Assembly (NCBI GenBank): GCA_032718475.1
Contig: JAUCBJ010004983.1
Location: 1 to 40,925, forward strand
From: Nemertoderma westbladi
Taxonomy: Eukaryota > Animalia > Xenacoelomorpha
Reading direction: 5' to 3'
DNA length: 40,925 nucleotides
Made by a program: the position numbers and the translations under genes. Numbering within the stretch: position 1 is the stretch's first letter; each line of letters opens with the position of its first letter. Shown in pieces: positions 34,564 through 40,925 of this stretch. The notes beneath the pieces were generated by a model. The model was not told where the DNA came from. It saw only the letters and a program-made list of their open reading frames with translations, and searched no databases.

Positions 34564-36128
34564 TATCTATTAACTAACCGCCTAATCTCTAAGCAGCAGC
34601 ACGGATTCTTAAAACGTAAATCAACTGCGACTCATTTAATTGAGTGCACTAATGATTGGTTTCGGATTCTGGACAAACGGAAAGATGTTGATGTTGTTTA
34701 CATTGACTTCGAGAAGGCCTTCGACAAGGTCGTCCACGCCAAACTATTGCTAAAACTTGCTGCTTACGGAATTTCCGGTAATTTGTTAGCTTGGTTTCAT
34801 TCTTTTTTATCAAATCGTAAATTTCGTGTGCTTGTTGGTAGAAATTATTCAGATTTTGTTGACGTCATATCGGGTACCCCTCAAGGTAGTGTGGTAGGCC
34901 CTGTTTTATTTATTATATTTATTAATGACCTACCTAATAATTTGCATGCTGTTAGTACTAAACTATTTGCTGATGATCTAAAAATTTACGCTTACCATAG
35001 TAAACATGTTGACATTCAGTGCGCTTTGGATACATTGTCGATTTGGTGTAATACTTGGCAATTGAGTGTAGGCACTTATTCTAAATGTCATGTTTTGCAT
35101 ATTGGGAATCGTAAACTGGATCAAAGGGATTATGTTCTCAATGGTATTTGTCTCAAAGTTAAAACTAGTTGTAAAGATCTAGGTATTACCATGTGCAACG
35201 ATTTACAATTTAGTAAATACTGTAAGGAGCAGGTTCTTAAGGCGTACAAGGTCATAAATATTATATTTCGGTGTTTTTATTCTTCCAATATGAAATCATT
35301 GTTAACTGCTTATAGATCCTACGTGCGACCATTATTAGAATTTAGTACAGTTGTCTGGTCACCCCATCAGCTTTTCAATATTAAACTAGTTGAACGTGCG
35401 CAACGTTGTTTTACCCGCAGGCTTTTTAAGAGGTGCAATATCTCATACCTAGATGATAGCTACATAAATAGGCTGGCATTTCTTAATTAGCAACCTCTCC
35501 AAGCTAGGCGTATTATTTTTGATTTGCGTTTGGTGTATAACATGTGTCATGGTAAAGTAGATATTCAGTTTAGCGATTTTTTCGAGTATGTCTAACGCCC
35601 GGGTCTTCGTGGTCATAATTACAAGTTATACATACAGTCTAGCCGCTTAGTAATCTCAAATAACCGTTTTTCCCAACTTACAGTAAATACTTGGAACAGT
35701 TTACCTCATGATGTTGTTAATGCGCCGAATGTTATCACTTTCAATCGTCTGCTTAAGAATGTAGATTTAAGTCATTTGTATAGTTTTAATTAATTATGAT
35801 TTATCTATATGCCTATTTGCAACCTCTTAACCTAATTTATATACCTGCACGATTTTGATGTTTTTATTTGTTGTGAATGTTTGTAAAATTGGTTTTTAGA
35901 TATAATTAGTATTTTTAATTTTATCTTTAATTTTAGTTGGGCCCCTATTAGTGCTTTTACGCCTTGGCGGTCTTCTCCCTCCTAAATCCTAACATACATG
36001 ATCATTCCGGTTTCACATTATTTATTCATATTACATTATGTCCTATGAGTATTAATTTACCATACAATTATGTATGCAATTTTATTTCGAGTGCATATGT
36101 TAAATGGAGAACAAATAAAATACTACAA
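34564..36128 (+). mobile_element. 5'-truncated, inactivated CR1-clade LINE (RT and C-terminus, 3' UTR, tail) with candidate 7-bp TSD TACAAAG
   Basis: The frame extends upstream of the listed ORF (QHGFLKRKST, YIDFEKAFDKV) and includes GTPQGSVVGP and FADD. It continues past stops at 35488 and about 35593 with LRGHNYKL and WNSLP to about 35790. AATAAA plus TACAA-type tail; TACAAAG at 34557-34563 and 36129-36135. Confidence 0.9.
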
Positions 36129-36190
36129 TACAAAGAATGTTAACAAATCTTATCAAGATCTTTTCAGATTTCGCATGTTGCAAGACTAGG

Positions 36191-36382
36191 ATTTTAGTAC
36201 CGGTACCGGCACCGGTACTGCTGTAGGCCTACTGTGTAGCATAAAATTTAAATACGGTATTGGTAGGCCTAACGGCTGTGGAGAAACCGGTAGCATGGAA
36301 CCTAACATTCGATTTTTGGAGGACATAAAAAATAAAAAAAAGGACAAAAAAGGGATTTAAACGGACAATAAAAATTATTGCG
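36191..36382. repeat. Interspersed repeat fragment homologous to 3294-3580
   Basis: See 3294-3580: first half inverted, second half direct relative to that copy. Confidence 0.8.
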
Positions 36383-36411
36383 TTTTAATAGTACAAGTAG
36401 AAGGGATTACA

Positions 36412-36564
36412 TAGTAGTAGTAGTTTATTGACATTATTCATGACAATTTAGTTGCAAAGCAAAAAATGTAAAAGTATGTATATACAAATTAATGTCCATT
36501 TAACAATTAACAAATTAATGATACTTTAAAAAATATAATAAAGAACACAAGCACAAAAAAAAAC
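36412..36564 (-). mobile_element. Probable 3' end of a minus-strand non-LTR element
   Basis: The minus strand reads as a T-rich UTR ending in GTCAATAAACTACTACTACTA (polyA signal plus microsatellite tail). Confidence 0.4.
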
Positions 36565-38578
36565 ATCTTCCAGCTGTCGCTGGAATGACATCCTGGCCGA
36601 GTTTCCTTCGATTACTCAACCAGATTTCTCTTCGAAGATAGTTGCCCATGGTGTAATCCACCATATACCTACCCATGGGCCGCCTGTCCGGTCGAAACCA
36701 CGCAGACTCTCCTGAAAAGTTGGCAATTGCCAAGAGAGTCATTCTTGGGCAAGTTGCCGATGGCAGCATGCGGCGGTCCAAGAGCGCCTGGAGCAGCCCA
36801 CTCCACATGGTGCCGAAGCCAGATGGTTCTTGGCGCCCATGCGGTGATTACCACAAATTGAACTCAATCACAGAGGATGACTCATACCCACTGCCCAACA
36901 TCCAGGACTTTGCACACACATTCGCAGGTTGCAATCTCTTTACTAAGATTGACCTCAAACGCGCCTACAATCAGATCCCTGTCCATGAAGACGACATAGC
37001 AAAGACAGCAATAACGACTCCGTTCGGCCTGTTCGAGTCTACCAGAGTCAGGTTTGGACTGTCCAATGCGTCTCAGGCACAGCAGAGACTGGTGGATGAG
37101 GTATGCGAACCAGTGCCAGCCTCCAAGCCCTACCAGGACGACATTCTTATCGGTAGTTGTGGGATGGTTGACCATGAGAAGGATGTCAGGATGCTATGTG
37201 GGCGTCTTGCAGCAAATGGGCTGGTGATCAACCTCGAAAAGTGTGTCTTCGGTGTTCCTAGTCTCACAATCCTGGGACACTCCATCTCTGCTGATGGCAT
37301 CCGCCTACCATCTGACAGAATCGATGCAATCCAGCAGTACCCAGAACCGGCAACAGTCAGGGACCTTCAGGAGTTCTTGGGTGTCATAAACTTCTATAGA
37401 CGCTTCCTCTCCCATGCCACCCACGTCCTCCAACCTCTCTACAAGGTTGTGGCAGGTAAACCAACACGACTGGAGTGGAACTGGCCCCAGTTTCATGCAT
37501 TTCAGGAGGTCAAGATGCTGCTGATCAATGCCGCGACTCTTGCCTTTCCCCGAGAGGGAGCCCTTACTGCTATCTCTACAGATGCATCTGACCGTGCAGT
37601 CGGCGCTGTCCTTGAACAATTCCAGGACGGAATGTGGGTTCCTCTCTCCTTCTTTTCAGCGAAAATGAAGTTGGCTGAAACTAAATACAGCACCTTCGAT
37701 CGCGAGCTACTGGCAGTCTATCTGGCCATCAGGAACTTTGTCTGGTACGTCGAGGGGCGAAAGTTCACTGTTTTCACCGACCACAAACCATTGGTCGGCG
37801 CCATCGCATCATCGGCAGATAGGACACCACGCCAGATCCGCCATTTATGTTACATCTCCGAGTTTACTACTGCCCTGGTACACCTTCCAGGGAGAGACAA
37901 TGCAGTCGCTGACGCAATGTCGAGGTCAGCCTCCGATGCTGCATCCACACCTTTTACGAACGATCCCTCGACTTAGCACCCATCCTGCCAGTCACTATCG
38001 ATTTTGCCGACATGGCAAAAGCTCAGAAGACTGATCCAGACCTAACCCGACTCCTTCAGGCTGGAGACTTGGCCACCAGTCTCGTCTTGTAACAGATACG
38101 AAGTGCCGACAATGGTGTCAGCCTCTGGTGCGACATCAGACGGACCAGTCAACCGCGGCCATTCGTTCCAGCATCCTGGCGTCGACGAATCTTCCAGGCA
38201 TTGCACGCACCACTGCCTCCTGGAGCCCGGGCATCCACCCAGATGGTGGCCTCCAAATACGTCTGGCCTTCCATGAGAAAGAACTGTATTCAGTGGGCAC
38301 AGACGTGCCACGCATGCCAGTGTGCCAAAATCTCCAAACACACCAGGGCTCCACTCCAACACCTTGACGCACCCCTGGAGCGCTTTGCGCACATCCATGT
38401 CGACATAGTTGGCTCTCTCCCTGTGTCTCGTGGTTTTGACCACCTGTTCACCATCATCGACCGTTTTACCAGATGGTTTGAGGTGATTCCAATGGCTGGA
38501 CCGCCGACCTCAGATGACTGTGCCAGAGCGTTGTTCAGCGCATGGGTCGCACGGTTTGGAGTCCCCCAGAGGGTCACC
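36565..38578 (+). mobile_element. Degenerate Ty3/Gypsy pol fragment (RT-RNase H-partial integrase), CsRN1-like; no gag, protease or LTRs
   Basis: EFPSITQPDF..HGVIHHIPTHGPPV lies upstream in another frame. Main ORF: WSSPLHMVPKPDGSWRPCGDY, KIDLKRAYNQIP, KTAITTPFGLFE, YQDD, TDASD, YSTFDRELLA, TDHKPL, NAVADAMSR. Integrase: CHACQ, HIHVDIVG, IIDRFTRW, FGVP. Stop at 37976 and frameshifts. Confidence 0.93.
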
Positions 38579-38639
38579 GGCACAGCTTTTCAACTTGCAG
38601 ACTCTATACACCCAAATCACACAAAATTGACCAAATCAC

Positions 38640-39058
38640 AATTATGCAATACAAAATAATAAAATAAAATAAACAATAAAATTATAAATTACAAACCACA
38701 TTATAGTCTCAGTATAAAGAAAGGCAACAATGTGGTATTAGATAAAAGAACGGGAAAAATTATTATTATACATGGTATACTTCTCAGCTTCTGTGCCCAT
38801 CAACTAAGGTTATATATTTAAGGGTGTCCATGATTTCAAACCGAATGATGTTTGATTTTTTTAAGTACCCCTGTCCTTCTTCAACTTACAATATTTATTT
38901 GCTTAACTGTAATGTGTAATGAAAATGGTGACGGGTCTGTTGATATGCATATGTTTAAGGCTGACAATTATGTAAAACTTTGTTGTTTTCCTATTTCAAA
39001 ACCATGTGGTTCTGTCTCCCAGTGTGTTGTGCTGCCACTACTACATTCTGAAACATAG
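38640..39058 (+). pseudogene. Frameshifted C-terminus of a probable CMC/EnSpm-type DNA transposase
   Basis: Across three frames: YSLSIKKGNNVVL..GKIIIIHGI, DFFKYPCPSSTYNIY, KLCCFP...VVLPLLHSET*. Recalled resemblance to the F..P..S...I / K...P / PLLH terminus of animal CMC transposases. Confidence 0.55.
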
Positions 39059-39618
39059 GTCCTACATTGCGAGGATTACAGGCGAGGAAATCATAAATTG
39101 GCCTACCATAAATAATATGCAAACAATCTAGGCCTATCCAGGCACTGGAATTATTGTGTGGTCAATTATTATATAAAATTGACAATAACCTTAAACGTTA
39201 TGTTGTTATTGAATTTAACTTGGGAAAGGGTGTTGAAGTTGAATGGGCTTTAAGTTCATGGATCATTTCGTACGATAAAAGAAGTCAATCACTATAACAT
39301 ATTGGCCCCGGAATGTCGAATCAATGCGAAAGGAATTTGGTAATGTAGAGATGTCAAGTTGGGCGAAACACCGAGGAACTGTTTTTGCTTTTACAAGTTA
39401 GTTCAATTTTGACATATTTCCTTTATTGTTATCTGAACCGTATATCATATATCTCCTTATGTAGGTCTTTGTCATTATTCTCTCAGCTTCGTTGATTTTT
39501 CAGAGAATTGATCAAAAAAAAGGGTATTATTTAATTTATTAATTTGTGGGTTTGTTTAAAGGCATCTTGATAGATTTATCTAGTTATTATATATTTATTA
39601 TATTGTTTTCCCTGTCAG

Positions 39619-39824
39619 AGAATGTTGAGAAGGCTGAAAGACTTGCTGGTGAAGCAGTAACGAGAAACGAAATATACTGTTCCGAAAGTGGTAGTGGTAC
39701 AGCACCACCAACAGACGATGAGCTGGGCGATAGACACAGGGGGTTGAGAAGAAAAAAGGGTATTGATTACAGGCAACTCGATACTGGTAATGCTAGTGAT
39801 GGAGACGATTTGGAAATTGATAAT
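39619..39824 (+). CDS. Acidic/basic low-complexity exon, probably from the decayed accessory gene of the same transposon
   Basis: ttttccctgtcAG|...GAT AAT|GTAAGT; open frame NVEKAERLA...RGLRRKKGIDYRQLD...DGDDLEIDN. An upstream remnant at about 39230-39320 reads VEVEWALSSWII...*HYWP. Confidence 0.5.
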
Positions 39825-39877
39825 GTAAGTAAAATGAGTGAGTAACGTTGATGCTAATTAATACATGTTTATATTTT

Positions 39878-39990
39878 AGGGGTCAACCATAAATGACGAC
39901 CGAGGTCAGAGGGGGGTGAGGGGGTCTTTGAAATCCGGACATCTTCGGACAGGAGTTGGATTGGGTTGGCTAAATTAGGATGTCCCATTT
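39878..39990. mobile_element. Possible MITE terminus fragment (PIF/Harbinger-like)
   Basis: TTAGGGGTCAACCATAAATGACG followed by G-runs, a pattern typical of invertebrate MITE ends; no partner TIR found. Confidence 0.3.
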
Positions 39991-40837
39991 TCACTTTTCT
40001 TTATTATTAGATTAATATAAATTTATCACTACTGTAATAAACGGGTTTCCTAATTGGTTGAGGGCAGAACTTCTTCATTATTTTTCACAATATTTTGAGT
40101 TTATAGGTAGAATACAGTCCATATGTCTAACACAATTGTTATTTTCGTTCATCTAATAATGTACCGTCATCATAATGTTGCCACTTCCCACACTATACTG
40201 TAATATTCACACATTTTTCGTTCGTATATTTGCTATTTAGGACATCTTAGTGTCCTAAGGGCATCAAGCCTTCCTCCAAATTCAATTCGATACAGCGGCC
40301 ACATCCTACCCCATCACCACTCGACGTTGGTTATTTTAGAGATTGCGACAATATTTCTGTAAGTCATTATTTTTAAAATGTCACCGAGACTGTCTGATGT
40401 GTGTGTCTGTATACAATAATATTTACTTATTACTTATATATATATATTGAATTGCCCGTGGGTAAATGTAGACAGTATAAAAATAGATTCAGTTTCGGTT
40501 CTAGTTTCAGTTTGAAAACCCCCTTCCCCCTCTGTCACATTAATAAATTGGTAATAACATCAAACAATTAATACCCACTCCACGCCCCCAGGCAATTTTT
40601 TTGTTATGTATTGTTTTGTTTTGTAATGTATTTTATGTTAATAATACACAACGTTTGATATGCCAAACTACATAAAATATATTCAATCTTATTTTCCCAC
40701 GGGCAAGTCAATTGTTCATCTATATAAATAACAGGTATTCGAGTTGGAGTCAATGACTTCGATGTTAAAGTTACCCGCTCATCTACAAATGTGTTAAAGT
40801 CAAAGTCAACTTAACCTTAAAGTATAGAACATCGCCG

Positions 40838-40925
40838 TGACACAAAAGTCGACCCCCCCCCCCCCCTCCCCTCTGTCACAAAATGTCATGCAAGCTCGAC
40901 GAACCCCCCCGCCCTTCACCCCCCC
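40838..40925. repeat. C-run-rich repeat fragment (CCCCTCTGTCACA, also at about 40526), probably MITE-derived
   Basis: C tracts and a shared CCCCTCTGTCACA motif; truncated by the window edge. Confidence 0.35.

Noticed and set aside
36515-38583. Several short overlapping ORFs on both strands
   Set aside because: Shadow frames of the GC-rich Gypsy pol; only 36675..37976 and 38201..38578 carry clear pol motifs.

Overview
AT-rich animal (probably invertebrate) genomic DNA with no prokaryotic features. A 34/35-bp satellite of about 23.85 kb (roughly 690 copies, 9134-32984) fills 58% of the window. The ORF track largely misses a minus-strand secreted-protein gene at the left end. It has a TATA+Inr promoter near 4.1 kb and six short exons, all phase 0: signal peptide (57 nt), CGKCGYTF exon (about 54 nt), 21 nt, 30 nt and two duplicated 63-nt heptad exons. 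Together these resemble an angiopoietin/fibrinogen-related N-terminus, and the gene probably continues off the left edge. Upstream on the same strand is a single 630-nt terminal exon encoding an N-terminally shortened fibrinogen-related domain (8396-9025), probably from a tandem paralogue. The satellite starts about 110 bp from that exon's acceptor, and its consensus unit carries a sense-strand GTGAGT donor. The rest is transposon-derived: an intact 1037-aa CR1-group LINE ORF2, a 5'-truncated CR1 with a candidate TSD, a GC-rich Gypsy pol fragment, a probable CMC/EnSpm transposase remnant, two clear MITEs, and an inverted pair of 0.8-1 kb repeats with 68-bp subrepeats bracketing about 30 kb. 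Family assignments rest on motif recognition by eye; no database search was run.
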